Of a stretch of 64,000 bases of DNA, positions 1 to 9,297 are shown in pieces. How positions within the stretch are numbered: the stretch's first letter is position 1; every line of letters starts with the position of its first letter. The position numbers and the translations under genes are program-made. The notes below the pieces were generated by a model that was not told where the DNA came from, searched no databases, and saw nothing but the letters and a program-made list of their open reading frames with translations. The DNA is from Candidatus Gottesmanbacteria bacterium RIFCSPHIGHO2_02_FULL_39_11 (GTDB lineage: Bacteria; Patescibacteriota; Microgenomatia; 2-02-FULL-39-11): positions 9,522 to 73,521 of the forward strand of contig MFJL01000014.1 in the NCBI GenBank assembly GCA_001779195.1, written 5' to 3'.

Positions 1-411
1 TGACAGTCCAAGACTTTCCGTCTGTTCATGAATAATAAATGGAATATTTAACAGGTAGCTCACAATTCCAATCGGAAAAGACACGTATCCCCCAAATGTG
101 ATCACACCGTCCGGATGTACTTTAAAAAAATAATAAAATGCCTGTATCAGTCCGATGGGTATTTTTAAAAGAGAAGTAAAAAAAGAAAGACCAAAATGCC
201 TTTCAAATCTTCCGGTTATTATGGAATAAAAAGGAATATTTAATTCTTTAATGGTTTTGTATTCCAAAGAAAGAGAAGAATCGCCTTCTAGAGGATGTAT
301 CCTCCCGACATAAGAGATTTTGCACGTCTCGTTATTTTTGTGCAGTTCTTCAATTACGGCAATTGCAGGGCTGAGATGTCCCCCCGCAATAAGAATTTTC
401 TTTTGTATCAT
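1..411 (-). CDS. murG: MurG, undecaprenyl-PP-MurNAc-pentapeptide GlcNAc transferase (N-terminal part; gene continues beyond the window start)
   Basis: I translated the reverse strand from the ATG at 409-411: MIQKKILIAGGHLSPAIAVIEEL..., a glycine-rich MurG N-terminus. It lies directly downstream of ftsW as in dcw clusters. It is absent from the ORF track because it runs off the window edge. Confidence 0.75.
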   Translation of the reverse strand, partial: MIQKKILIAGGHLSPAIAVIEELHKNNETCKISYVGRIHPLEGDSSLSLEYKTIKELNIPFYSIITGRFERHFGLSFFTSLLKIPIGLIQAFYYFFKVHPDGVITFGGYVSFPIGIVSYLLNIPFIIHEQTESLGLS

Positions 412-412
412 T

Positions 413-1516
413 TTATTTATTGTGCCGGCTTATGTTTAGCATTATACCAGCGGCACTCATGGAGATAAGTAGATGAGATCCCCCGTATGACACAAAGGGA
501 AGAGGAACTCCAGTTAAAGGCAAAAGAGCAACCATTGCACCTAAGTTGATAAAAATCTGCAAACCAAAATAACTTAATATTCCACATGAAAGAAGAAAGC
601 TGAACCGATCCTGTGTTTTTCTCACAATTAAAAACATCCTGTGCAAAAAAAATAGATAAAAAATTACAACCGTCGTTGTTCCGATAAATCCCAGTTCTTC
701 TCCGATAATGGCAAAAATAGAATCTGTGGTTGCCTCTGGCAAAAACTGATATTTTTGTCGGGAAGCTCCCAATCCCATTCCCCAAAAACCACCGGATCCA
801 AATGAAATTAAAATCTGTCTCAGATGGTAAGATTTGCCAAGCGGATCCTGGTTAGGATTTAAAAAGGTCATCATACGGTTGACCCGGTATGGAGAAATAA
901 CCGCAAGAAGAGACAAAACTGCAATAAGTATCGGCAGGAACATAGCAAATTGACGAACCGGTGCTCCGGAAACAAAATATAAGATAACAAACAAGAGACA
1001 CAATATAATTGCAGTCCCTAAATCCGGCTGTAAAACAACTAGCCCTACGATAACTCCCAAAAGAAGCAAAAAAGCTCTGAGTCTTTCCCGTTCTTTGAAA
1101 GAAAACCAGGCCGATAAGTAAATAATAAGTGCAAGTTTGGCAAGTTCAGAAGGCTGGAAACTAAAACTACCAAATCCGATCCACCGGTGTGCTCCCATTG
1201 TTTTTATTCCGATTCCTGGAATAAAAACAGCAATAAGGGTGAGGATCGCACCGACTAAAATAGGAATTGCCAATCGGTAATAGACTTTGTATGAAACCAG
1301 AGAAATTGCAAGCATGGAAAAAATTCCCAGGAAAAACCATACAGATTGCTCTTTTACGTAATGATACTTATCGGCAAAATCGCGGAATGCGGAAACATTT
1401 GAAGAATCAAAAATCATGAGGAGTCCGAAAAGTGAAAAAAGAATGACCGTTGCAAAAAGCCAAAAGTCCATTTTTCCTGTTGCTGTTGATTTTTTCAGAG
1501 AATGGGCGTTTCTCAT
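413..1516 (-). CDS. ftsW: SEDS-family peptidoglycan glycosyltransferase FtsW/RodA
   Basis: 367 aa and polytopic. It carries the SEDS motifs QPSELAKL, PDLGTA, LPEATTDSIF and GVPLPFVSYGGS, and sits in dcw context between mraY and murG. Confidence 0.9.
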   Translation of the reverse strand: MRNAHSLKKSTATGKMDFWLFATVILFSLFGLLMIFDSSNVSAFRDFADKYHYVKEQSVWFFLGIFSMLAISLVSYKVYYRLAIPILVGAILTLIAVFIPGIGIKTMGAHRWIGFGSFSFQPSELAKLALIIYLSAWFSFKERERLRAFLLLLGVIVGLVVLQPDLGTAIILCLLFVILYFVSGAPVRQFAMFLPILIAVLSLLAVISPYRVNRMMTFLNPNQDPLGKSYHLRQILISFGSGGFWGMGLGASRQKYQFLPEATTDSIFAIIGEELGFIGTTTVVIFYLFFLHRMFLIVRKTQDRFSFLLSCGILSYFGLQIFINLGAMVALLPLTGVPLPFVSYGGSHLLISMSAAGIMLNISRHNK

Positions 1517-1528
1517 AAGGAGAATTTA

Positions 1529-2566
1529 TTATTTCATAAAAGCAAACCACAAACCCAGTGTTGCTAAAAGAACTGAAAAAATCCAGGCACGAAAAACAAT
1601 AGTCGATTCATTCCAGCCCTTTTTTTGCCATAAGAGATGAAAGGGAGCAACTTCAAATAATTTTTTACCCCGATATTTTTTACTTAACAGCTGAAGAAGA
1701 GAAGTAAGAATTTCTAAAACATACAATCCTCCGACAACCAAAAGAGAAAAGGGTTTTCCCAAAAGAAGTCCGATAACCGCAAATGTTGCCCCGAAAGAGA
1801 GTGCTCCTACATCTCCCAAAAAAATACGGGCAGGGAAAATATTAAAATAAAGAAATGCAATAACGCCTCCGAGCCATATTGAAATAAAAACGGAAAGAGG
1901 GGTATCTAAAATCGAATGGGAGATTACCCAGAAAGCAGTCAGGGCAATCATAAGGATTCCGCATGAAAGACCATCTAGGCCATCTGATATATTAAACGCA
2001 TTGGCAAACGAGAGAATAACAAAAGAGGCAAATAAAATATATAGAATACCGACATCCCAAACGCCTATAAAGGGTACATTGATAATATGGATATGAAGCT
2101 CAGAATAGAGATAATACGCTGCTATAAGAGAGAGAAAAATCTGTAAGATGAGTTTATGCCGGAGACGAAGTCCGTAAAACTTCTGGTTTCCGGCAAAAAA
2201 AACTTTTCTCACATCATCATACAACCCTATTGCTCCAAATGAAACAAACGTAAACAGGAGTACTTTTATCTCGCTTCCCACATTGTTATATACGGAATGG
2301 ATGGGTATCCAAAAATAATAAAGAATCGGGAATGAAATAAAGAAAAGCAATGTTGTAACTGCAATTACAAGCATCCCGCCTCCTAAGGGGGTTCCTGATT
2401 TCTTCCCGTGAAATGAGTCAAAAATCGGAGTAGGCACATCAAATGCGTCTGTTGTTTTCTGATTTTGCCTCTGAAGTTTGGCATGATACAGGATGTTAAT
2501 AAAAGGGATAAGAGCAATAAAATGTACGATAAAAGAAAGTAATAAAAAACCTATTATAAATGCCAT
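1529..2566 (-). CDS. mraY: Phospho-N-acetylmuramoyl-pentapeptide transferase MraY
   Basis: 345 aa membrane protein with the motifs LYDDVRK, ANAFNISDGLDGL and IFLGDVGALSFG, in dcw context. The HHH motif is degenerate (PFHLLWQ). Confidence 0.85.
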   Translation of the reverse strand: MAFIIGFLLLSFIVHFIALIPFINILYHAKLQRQNQKTTDAFDVPTPIFDSFHGKKSGTPLGGGMLVIAVTTLLFFISFPILYYFWIPIHSVYNNVGSEIKVLLFTFVSFGAIGLYDDVRKVFFAGNQKFYGLRLRHKLILQIFLSLIAAYYLYSELHIHIINVPFIGVWDVGILYILFASFVILSFANAFNISDGLDGLSCGILMIALTAFWVISHSILDTPLSVFISIWLGGVIAFLYFNIFPARIFLGDVGALSFGATFAVIGLLLGKPFSLLVVGGLYVLEILTSLLQLLSKKYRGKKLFEVAPFHLLWQKKGWNESTIVFRAWIFSVLLATLGLWFAFMK

Positions 2567-2577
2567 AAATTTAAATT

Positions 2578-2949
2578 CTAGAACCCAAAAAGTACTAATA
2601 GTCTGGGAAGAAAAATAATAAGAGAAACCCCGATTGCTCCAAATGCAGTTGTAAGCATCATACCTGCCGCGACATCTTTAGCAATTTTTGCCTCTTTCCT
2701 CCACTCAATAGTAATTAAATCCGTCATTTCTTCAATTGAGGTATTTACCATCTCCGTCCCCAGTCCAAATGCAATTGTCATTATAACAACGGCAAACTCC
2801 CCTCTTGAGATTTTTAAAATAATACTTAGAACTAAGGCGACACAGGCAAGGAGCACATGTATCCTAAAATTCTGCTGTGTTTTTAATGCCCAAAACAATC
2901 CGGCAAAGGCGTTTTTAAAAGATAAGTGGTGTTTTTTGAGAAAATGCAT
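2578..2949 (-). CDS. Diacylglycerol/undecaprenol kinase (DgkA family)
   Basis: 123 aa with 3 TM segments and the DgkA-like motif EMVNTSIEEM. Confidence 0.65.
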   Translation of the reverse strand: MHFLKKHHLSFKNAFAGLFWALKTQQNFRIHVLLACVALVLSIILKISRGEFAVVIMTIAFGLGTEMVNTSIEEMTDLITIEWRKEAKIAKDVAAGMMLTTAFGAIGVSLIIFLPRLLVLFGF

Positions 2950-2976
2950 ACGTCTATTATACCTCTTTTCCCGGGT

Positions 2977-3966
2977 TTAATACCTTTTTTTGATTTTGCG
3001 AAATGACTCAACTGCAAGGGTAATAAGATACTTACGATTTACTGGAAGATCGTGAGCATGCATATATTCCAGAGAGTGTCCTCCGAATCCTTTCTTAAAC
3101 AAAGACAGCCCATACCAGGGATGAGTTTTTCGGTCCGTAGGAGCAATTCCCCAAAAATTATATATTTTTTTATTTCTTTTTCTTGCTTCTTTTATGGCTT
3201 CCCACTGAAGTAAGTAATTGACGGGAATTTTCTGGTCCACACTGGCGCTATGATGATAAACAGCCTGATTATTATAGAAAAGTATAAGAGCAGCAGACAA
3301 TAATTTTTTATCAAAATACCCCTTAAATAACAGAATCTGATCTTTTTTTAGAAATTCCATAAACTCATCGACAATCCCGGTATGCTTAGTAAATCCATGT
3401 CTGCTTGCGGTCATCTCATACAGAGTCATAAAATCTTCTAAATCTTTGGGATTTTTGCTTTTTTCGATTTTAACTCCTATTTTTTCCGCCTGACGGATAA
3501 GATACCGGGTGGTTTTGCGCATGCCGGAAAGCAGTTCTTCCTCGGATTTATCCACATTCAAAACCCAGCAATATTCCCCGTCCATGGCATGAATGGGTGA
3601 GGGTCTGAAATGGAAATCCTTAAACAGACGCTCGTTATATTCGGTGTTTGGAATAAGGGGACTCATTCTTATAAAATTTGCACGTTCTTTTTTGGCTAGT
3701 GAAATAAAATAATCAACCCAAATGGATAACGATTCCCTATCCCAGGATGAGAGTATGGGTCCGTGACGGATATGAAGAAATCTTCCGCGCCTGGCATCAA
3801 TTTTTGCGACCTGTGCAACAGAGGTTAATTTATCTTCGGAAAAATTTCCCAGTCTCCATGCTTTTTCGACGATCTCCCCCCAACTCCAGGATTGAAAAAG
3901 GGCAACAGGCGAGTGCTCCCGTATATATGCTTCCCAGTCATTTTCTGAACGTACTTCTTTAATCAT
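2977..3966 (-). CDS. FemAB/FemX-family peptidyltransferase (peptidoglycan interpeptide bridge formation)
   Basis: 329 aa. The N-terminus FQSWSWGEI and overall GNAT-like FemABX architecture match this family. It is embedded in the dcw operon. Confidence 0.6.
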   Translation of the reverse strand: MIKEVRSENDWEAYIREHSPVALFQSWSWGEIVEKAWRLGNFSEDKLTSVAQVAKIDARRGRFLHIRHGPILSSWDRESLSIWVDYFISLAKKERANFIRMSPLIPNTEYNERLFKDFHFRPSPIHAMDGEYCWVLNVDKSEEELLSGMRKTTRYLIRQAEKIGVKIEKSKNPKDLEDFMTLYEMTASRHGFTKHTGIVDEFMEFLKKDQILLFKGYFDKKLLSAALILFYNNQAVYHHSASVDQKIPVNYLLQWEAIKEARKRNKKIYNFWGIAPTDRKTHPWYGLSLFKKGFGGHSLEYMHAHDLPVNRKYLITLAVESFRKIKKRY

Positions 3967-5201
3967 ATTTCTTTCTTTAAGAGACTGATTACTCTCTCTA
4001 TATCATTTGGGGTCAGCCGAAAATAGGTAGGTAAATTTACTATGTGTCTTGAAACTGACTCAGCCCTAGGACAGCTTCCCAATTTATATCCGATACTCGT
4101 ATAGTCAACACCCGCCGGATCTACAACATGATGATACCAATTTCCAAGTACTATTTTCTTTTTCTTTGCACTGAGGATGACATTTGAAGCTTTATCCGTG
4201 ATAACGGGATACCTTAGATAAACTGCTCCAAAAACAGGTTTTAACTGATTTATTTTTGTAATGTCTTTTAAAGACTGGTAATACCTATTCGCTATTTCCA
4301 CTCTTTTATCATTGATCTGTTTTAATTTACTCAGCTGATACAGAAGAAGAGCCGCTAAAGCATTGGGATATTTTAAGGGGAAAACGCTTGGTCTTCCTCC
4401 TGTATATTCTTCTTTATAAACAGGCTTTGACAGCAAATGCAGTTTCAGCAAGATAAATAAAATAACTTTTCCAATAATGAAAGGATACAACGGCAATATG
4501 ATTGAAAAAAAAATGGGATGAACTATCTGTTGAAAAATCCAACCGTAGGAAGGAAAAGATAAGTCTTCATGCATCTTCTTTAAATTTTTTATCTCCGTTT
4601 TAAAATTTGGCTTAATAATTGCAAGTCCTCCAAAAACAGATGAAACAATTTTATCTCTGCCGAAACTGAAGAAGGCTGCGTCTCCGAAAGTACCCAATTT
4701 TCTATTTTCAACCGCAGCTCCCAGACAGTGGGCGCAGTCTTCAATAAGAATTAGATTATGTTTTTTAGCAATAACTGAAATTTCTTTAATTTGTGCAGGA
4801 ATTCCGAATGTATGTTGGACTATGATTGCACGGGTTTCAGATGTAATTTTTTTTTCAAGGTCTGTTGGGTCTACATTAAGTGTGCGATCAATATCAACAA
4901 ATACCGGCTTTACCCCGCACCAAAGAATAGCATCGCAAACTGCAACACAGGTGAATGCCTGAAGAATTACTTCATCGCCCTCTTTAATTTCGAATGATTT
5001 TAAAAGTGCATATAAAGCTGATCTTCCAGAGTTAAAAGATACCGAAGCACCTGCTGCATACTCATGTTTAAACCACGACTCGACTTTGCCGATTGCTGAG
5101 CCGTCTTTCCAGGACCACGGTGAAAACATTACTCTAACTGCTTCCTGTACGTCCTTTTTATCCGTATTGGGAGATAATGATATTGCAATTGGGTTATTCA
5201 T
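3963..5201 (-). CDS. DegT/DnrJ/EryC1/StrS-family PLP-dependent sugar aminotransferase with an inserted hydrophobic segment
   Basis: 412 aa. The PLP-lysine motif is FSFGRDK and the C-domain motif is KYPNALAALLLYQL. A roughly 45-aa hydrophobic insertion (IVHPIFFSIILPLYPFIIGKVILFILLKLHLL) lies between them. Confidence 0.7.
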   Translation of the reverse strand: MNNPIAISLSPNTDKKDVQEAVRVMFSPWSWKDGSAIGKVESWFKHEYAAGASVSFNSGRSALYALLKSFEIKEGDEVILQAFTCVAVCDAILWCGVKPVFVDIDRTLNVDPTDLEKKITSETRAIIVQHTFGIPAQIKEISVIAKKHNLILIEDCAHCLGAAVENRKLGTFGDAAFFSFGRDKIVSSVFGGLAIIKPNFKTEIKNLKKMHEDLSFPSYGWIFQQIVHPIFFSIILPLYPFIIGKVILFILLKLHLLSKPVYKEEYTGGRPSVFPLKYPNALAALLLYQLSKLKQINDKRVEIANRYYQSLKDITKINQLKPVFGAVYLRYPVITDKASNVILSAKKKKIVLGNWYHHVVDPAGVDYTSIGYKLGSCPRAESVSRHIVNLPTYFRLTPNDIERVISLLKKEI

Positions 5202-6805
5202 TTAATTTTTTTCAATAATAATTCCATCTGTCTTTTGGCTTCCCGGCCGCTGAAATAAATCATAATATCCTCTGTGTCATCAAACGGATAGAAATCCAAT
5301 TGTTTTTCATTTCTTAATATATATATTTTATCTTTTTTAATCCTTAAGAATTCTTCCGAATAATTTGAGTTTGTCAGAAAAATACGGTCACATGTTTTTT
5401 CTGCCTCTTTGCTGATTTCTTTATGAATAAATTTTCCCTCTTTATTTAATTCAATAAGGGGACTAAAAACAAACCATTTTTTCCCGTGAAATTGAGATAA
5501 GTATTTTAAGCCGGTTAATACTCCATCCGGATTTGAATTATAAGTATCATCAACTATATGTACTTTACCAAACTTTTTAAGCTTCATCCGATTATCAGGG
5601 AGCGATAAATTTGAAATACCCTGTGCAATATCAGTTAGACTTAATCCTAATTCTGCTGCAACGGAGGCGGATCCTGAGATATTTTGAATAAACTGCTCTC
5701 CGCCAAATGTTGTCACACAGGGAACACATTTCCCTTTCCAACACATTTCAAAAGATAAAGATTCTAATCCTGATTTAATATCTTTTATATCAACACTATT
5801 TTCTTTATTCTGAAGAGAATACCCTCCGTACCAATACTTTTTAATATCTTTCCTGTCCCTACTGACCCACTTGCCAATCTCAGTTAAAGGCTTGCTGCTA
5901 CTGTTTAGAAAAGCCATTCCATTTTGTTTAAGGCATATGAGCAATTCATACTTAGCTCTCATGGTATTTTCAATGGAGCCAAAGAGCTCAATATGCTCTT
6001 CGTTAATTCCGGTTAATACTCCGATTTGAGGATGAATCAAATTACAGAGAGTTTTTATCTCTCCTCTTTTATACGCTCCCATCTCGGCGATAAAAATTTG
6101 AATGTCGGGTGTAAGTTTTCTTAAAATCGTGTTGGCAATTCCGATTTCCGTGTTGTTTGTGCCTTCTGTCTTAAGAACACGGTATTTTTGAGACACGATA
6201 GTTGCTAAAAATTCCTTTGTAGTTGTCTTTCCAAAGCTTCCTGTAATTCCAATAACAACTAAGTTTGGAAAATTTTTAATTTTTTTATGAGCTTTATATA
6301 CGGTGTACTTTACATAGAGGAGACTTGGAATGGATGTAATTAATACAAGGAAACCAGAAAGAATAAATAAAAGATGGTCTAATAAAAATAGGAAAGAGAA
6401 AAAAAAGAAAAAAGATAATGACAATCCAACGAAAATAATTAGTAATCCAAAAATTAAGGTTAAGCTTCGAAAAGTAAATTTAGGTCTTTTAAAATTTTTA
6501 AATCCAAAAAATAAATTGACAACTATTATGAATTGTGTCAACAAGAAAAATAATATGGTTAAAGAAGGTAGATATAAAGGAGAAAAGAAAAATAAAATAA
6601 ATACTATCCATTTAAGAATAACGAAAGGATTTGCTAAAAATCTTTTTCCTTCTTCAGTATGAATGAAAGATACAATCCTGTCCCATCTGTATTCTTTCCT
6701 CTGCCATATATAAACGTTAAAAAGAATTAAGCGAATAAGATCGATGATGATAAGTGCATAAAAAATAGGGACAGAAATAGACACCAAGGTAAGGAAAAAA
6801 TCCAT
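5198..6805 (-). CDS. murF: UDP-MurNAc-tripeptide--D-Ala-D-Ala ligase MurF with an atypical N-terminal multi-TM domain
   Basis: 535 aa. The Mur ligase P-loop GITGSFGKTTTKE and the MurF C-terminal motif DDTYNSNPDG are present. The first ~180 aa are 4-5 hydrophobic helices, including an SFFFFFSFLF run. Confidence 0.85.
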   Translation of the reverse strand: MDFFLTLVSISVPIFYALIIIDLIRLILFNVYIWQRKEYRWDRIVSFIHTEEGKRFLANPFVILKWIVFILFFFSPLYLPSLTILFFLLTQFIIVVNLFFGFKNFKRPKFTFRSLTLIFGLLIIFVGLSLSFFFFFSFLFLLDHLLFILSGFLVLITSIPSLLYVKYTVYKAHKKIKNFPNLVVIGITGSFGKTTTKEFLATIVSQKYRVLKTEGTNNTEIGIANTILRKLTPDIQIFIAEMGAYKRGEIKTLCNLIHPQIGVLTGINEEHIELFGSIENTMRAKYELLICLKQNGMAFLNSSSKPLTEIGKWVSRDRKDIKKYWYGGYSLQNKENSVDIKDIKSGLESLSFEMCWKGKCVPCVTTFGGEQFIQNISGSASVAAELGLSLTDIAQGISNLSLPDNRMKLKKFGKVHIVDDTYNSNPDGVLTGLKYLSQFHGKKWFVFSPLIELNKEGKFIHKEISKEAEKTCDRIFLTNSNYSEEFLRIKKDKIYILRNEKQLDFYPFDDTEDIMIYFSGREAKRQMELLLKKIK

Positions 6806-6808
6806 ATG

Positions 6809-7525
6809 TTAAATAAATTTTTCTACTAATTTGTAAAATTCCTCAGCATTATTAAAAGGAATTCCGTGAGTTCCGTTTGAAATAACTTCAATATGAGAAT
6901 TAATAATTGTTTTTTTCATTTTTCTAGCAATAGAGACTGAAACCATAGAGTCGTCTTCTCCCCAAATCAAAAGTGTAGGGACTTTAATTTTTTTCATAAA
7001 AGGCTCTAAATCCTCCCGTATAACGGATTGAAACGTTTTTTTAAGATTCCCGTCAACTTTTAGATAATCTACGGATCCGCTTAATCGGTATAGTATTTTT
7101 TTAGAAATGGATGAAAAGATGTTTAAGATAGGAAAAGAGAAAATTAGTTTTCCGATTTTACTTAATATTAAGAACAGGTTCCGTTTAAAAGAATTGACCG
7201 GGACAAATCCGGGAGTTCCGGTTAGAACTAAGACAGACAGCCAATCCAGATCATTCCCGGCAAGAAGAATTCCCACTCTCCCTCCGAATGAATGCCCGAT
7301 AAGAACTGCTTTTTTGATTTTTTTCTCCCGGATAAAATTTTCTACATCAAGAGCGTAATCAGCCAAGCTCATCGGTCTATCTAACGGTTTATCCGGTTCA
7401 AATCCAGCAAAACCAAAAACATATGCCAGGTAACCTGCATAGTTAAAACGTTCTTTAAGATCAGTGTATCTGTTGGAACTAACTCTCCAGCCCGGAAGAA
7501 TAATAACACTTGGAAGTTTATCCAT
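6809..7525 (-). CDS. Alpha/beta-fold hydrolase (esterase/lipase-like)
   Basis: 238 aa with the nucleophile elbow GHSFGG. Confidence 0.6.
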   Translation of the reverse strand: MDKLPSVIILPGWRVSSNRYTDLKERFNYAGYLAYVFGFAGFEPDKPLDRPMSLADYALDVENFIREKKIKKAVLIGHSFGGRVGILLAGNDLDWLSVLVLTGTPGFVPVNSFKRNLFLILSKIGKLIFSFPILNIFSSISKKILYRLSGSVDYLKVDGNLKKTFQSVIREDLEPFMKKIKVPTLLIWGEDDSMVSVSIARKMKKTIINSHIEVISNGTHGIPFNNAEEFYKLVEKFI

Positions 7526-7527
7526 AA

Positions 7528-9294
7528 TTATTTAACAGTTACAGACTTTGCAAGGTTTCGGGGCATATCAGGATCAACATTTTTTTCAAGAGCCAAATAA
7601 TATCCCAGAAGCTGACCGATAATAACTGAGGGTATAACAGATGCAACTGACGCATCTGTATAGGGAAGATGGATATCAAAAATATCATGTTTCTGAGGTG
7701 ATATTCCGATAATTTTTCCTCCCCGTGCTTTTAACTCCATAGCCCCGGCCAAATTAGATCCGTGTGTTTCATCCAGCGGTACAAAAGAGATACAAGGAGT
7801 GTCTTTTTCAATAAGAGCAATTACTCCGTGTTTAAGTTCTCCCGCGGCAAATCCTTCCGCATGGATATAAGACGCTTCTTTTATCTTAAGAGCAGTTTCC
7901 AGTGCAATCGGATAGGAAAGTCCCCGGCCGATAACGTAAATATGTTCTTTTGCTGAAAGTGTTTTTGCCAATCGGCTTATAATTTTAAGGTTCTTAGTAG
8001 TTAAAATTTCCTTTGTTGAATCCCGAGCAAGACGAAGATATTTTCTTCCAACTTCAATATTTCCTGAAAGATCATAGGCAATAAGGATAAGGTGTGCCAG
8101 TTTTGCCGTAAATGCTTTAGTTGATACAACGGCCTTTTCAATCCCTGCCGATAAAAGAATAGAGACATCAGACTCCCGGTTAAGAGTAGATCCCAATACA
8201 TTTACCAAGGATGCAATTCTTGCTTTCTTTTCTTTTGCCTTTTTGACGGATTCAATTACGTCGACAGTTTCCCCGGATTGAGAAAGAGCAACCACTAAGC
8301 TTTTATCCGTCAAAAAGTCTGCGAGAAATCCAAATTCGCTTCCTACTGTAAAATTTACATGGTATTTAGCAATTTTGGAAAATAAATAGGTTCCTGCAAG
8401 TGCTGCGTATGCGGCCGTCCCGCATCCTACAAAATAAGTTCCGAAAGATTTTTTAATCTCTTCAGAGAGTACATGAATCTCGCTGTCCTTTTTTTGGATA
8501 ATCCTCTCTAAAACATCAACCTGGTCATGAATTTCCTTTATCATGAAATGAGGATACATTCCTTTAGATACAAGATCCGGTTTCCAGTCAAGTTGTGTAT
8601 ATTGAATACTTTTTTTACTCAAAGAACCATCATAGACACTAACGGATTTATCATCAACCAAAATATAGTCTTCATCTTCCATAAAATATACATCCTGGGT
8701 ATAGGGAAGGACTGCATGAGCATCAGAGGCTAAATAGTTTCCGTCCTTTCCTTTACCAACCACAAGAGGAGAACCGTTTTTAACCGCTGCAAATTTCTTT
8801 GTCTTTGCATCCATCACTATAATGGCATTGAGTCCTTCAAAACGGGAAAATGATTTATGTAAAGCTTCCAATAATGAATCGGAGTTTTTATAGTATTCCT
8901 CCGTCAAATGGAGAGCAACTTCAGAGTCTGTCTCTGATAAAAATGTATGCCCTTTTTCTATGAGTTCTTTCTTAATTTCAGAATAATTTTCTATGATTCC
9001 GTTATGGATTAAGGCAAGAGTGCAATCGCGAGAAAGATGAGGATGAGCATTAGCGAGTGTTACTCCTCCATGGGTTGCCCACCTGGTGTGTCCGAAGGCA
9101 CTATTTGCAGGAGGTAACTGAATTCCTTTCGCATCTGCTATTTTTCCTGTATTTTTTACAACCTCTATTTTATTTTCTTTGATCCATGCAATTCCCCAGG
9201 AATCATATCCTCTATATTCAAGTGTTTTTAACCCTTCTAAAACCATGTCAGGAGCGTTTTCTTTTTTGCCTATGTATCCGAATATTCCGCACAT
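7528..9294 (-). CDS. glmS: Glutamine--fructose-6-phosphate aminotransferase GlmS
   Basis: 588 aa. It has the N-terminal MCGIFGYIG amidotransferase nucleophile, two SIS domains and a C-terminal KSVTVK. Confidence 0.95.
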   Translation of the reverse strand: MCGIFGYIGKKENAPDMVLEGLKTLEYRGYDSWGIAWIKENKIEVVKNTGKIADAKGIQLPPANSAFGHTRWATHGGVTLANAHPHLSRDCTLALIHNGIIENYSEIKKELIEKGHTFLSETDSEVALHLTEEYYKNSDSLLEALHKSFSRFEGLNAIIVMDAKTKKFAAVKNGSPLVVGKGKDGNYLASDAHAVLPYTQDVYFMEDEDYILVDDKSVSVYDGSLSKKSIQYTQLDWKPDLVSKGMYPHFMIKEIHDQVDVLERIIQKKDSEIHVLSEEIKKSFGTYFVGCGTAAYAALAGTYLFSKIAKYHVNFTVGSEFGFLADFLTDKSLVVALSQSGETVDVIESVKKAKEKKARIASLVNVLGSTLNRESDVSILLSAGIEKAVVSTKAFTAKLAHLILIAYDLSGNIEVGRKYLRLARDSTKEILTTKNLKIISRLAKTLSAKEHIYVIGRGLSYPIALETALKIKEASYIHAEGFAAGELKHGVIALIEKDTPCISFVPLDETHGSNLAGAMELKARGGKIIGISPQKHDIFDIHLPYTDASVASVIPSVIIGQLLGYYLALEKNVDPDMPRNLAKSVTVK

Positions 9295-9297
9295 TTT

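Noticed and set aside
417-785. Nested 122-aa ORF and other short antisense or out-of-frame ORFs in the track (1416-1640, 3747-3962, 4791-4997, 9486-9707, 10704-10976, 27888-28121, 60324-60566, 61652-61855 and similar)
   Set aside because: All lie within or antisense to confidently assigned genes. They lack motifs and are expected by chance in AT-rich sequence.
6330-6662. Plus-strand ORF encoding a lysine-rich 110-aa peptide (KEKKKKKDNDNPTK...)
   Set aside because: It is antisense to the poly-Phe membrane region of murF. The A/G-rich coding is a mirror-image artefact of the TTT/TTC codons on the real strand.
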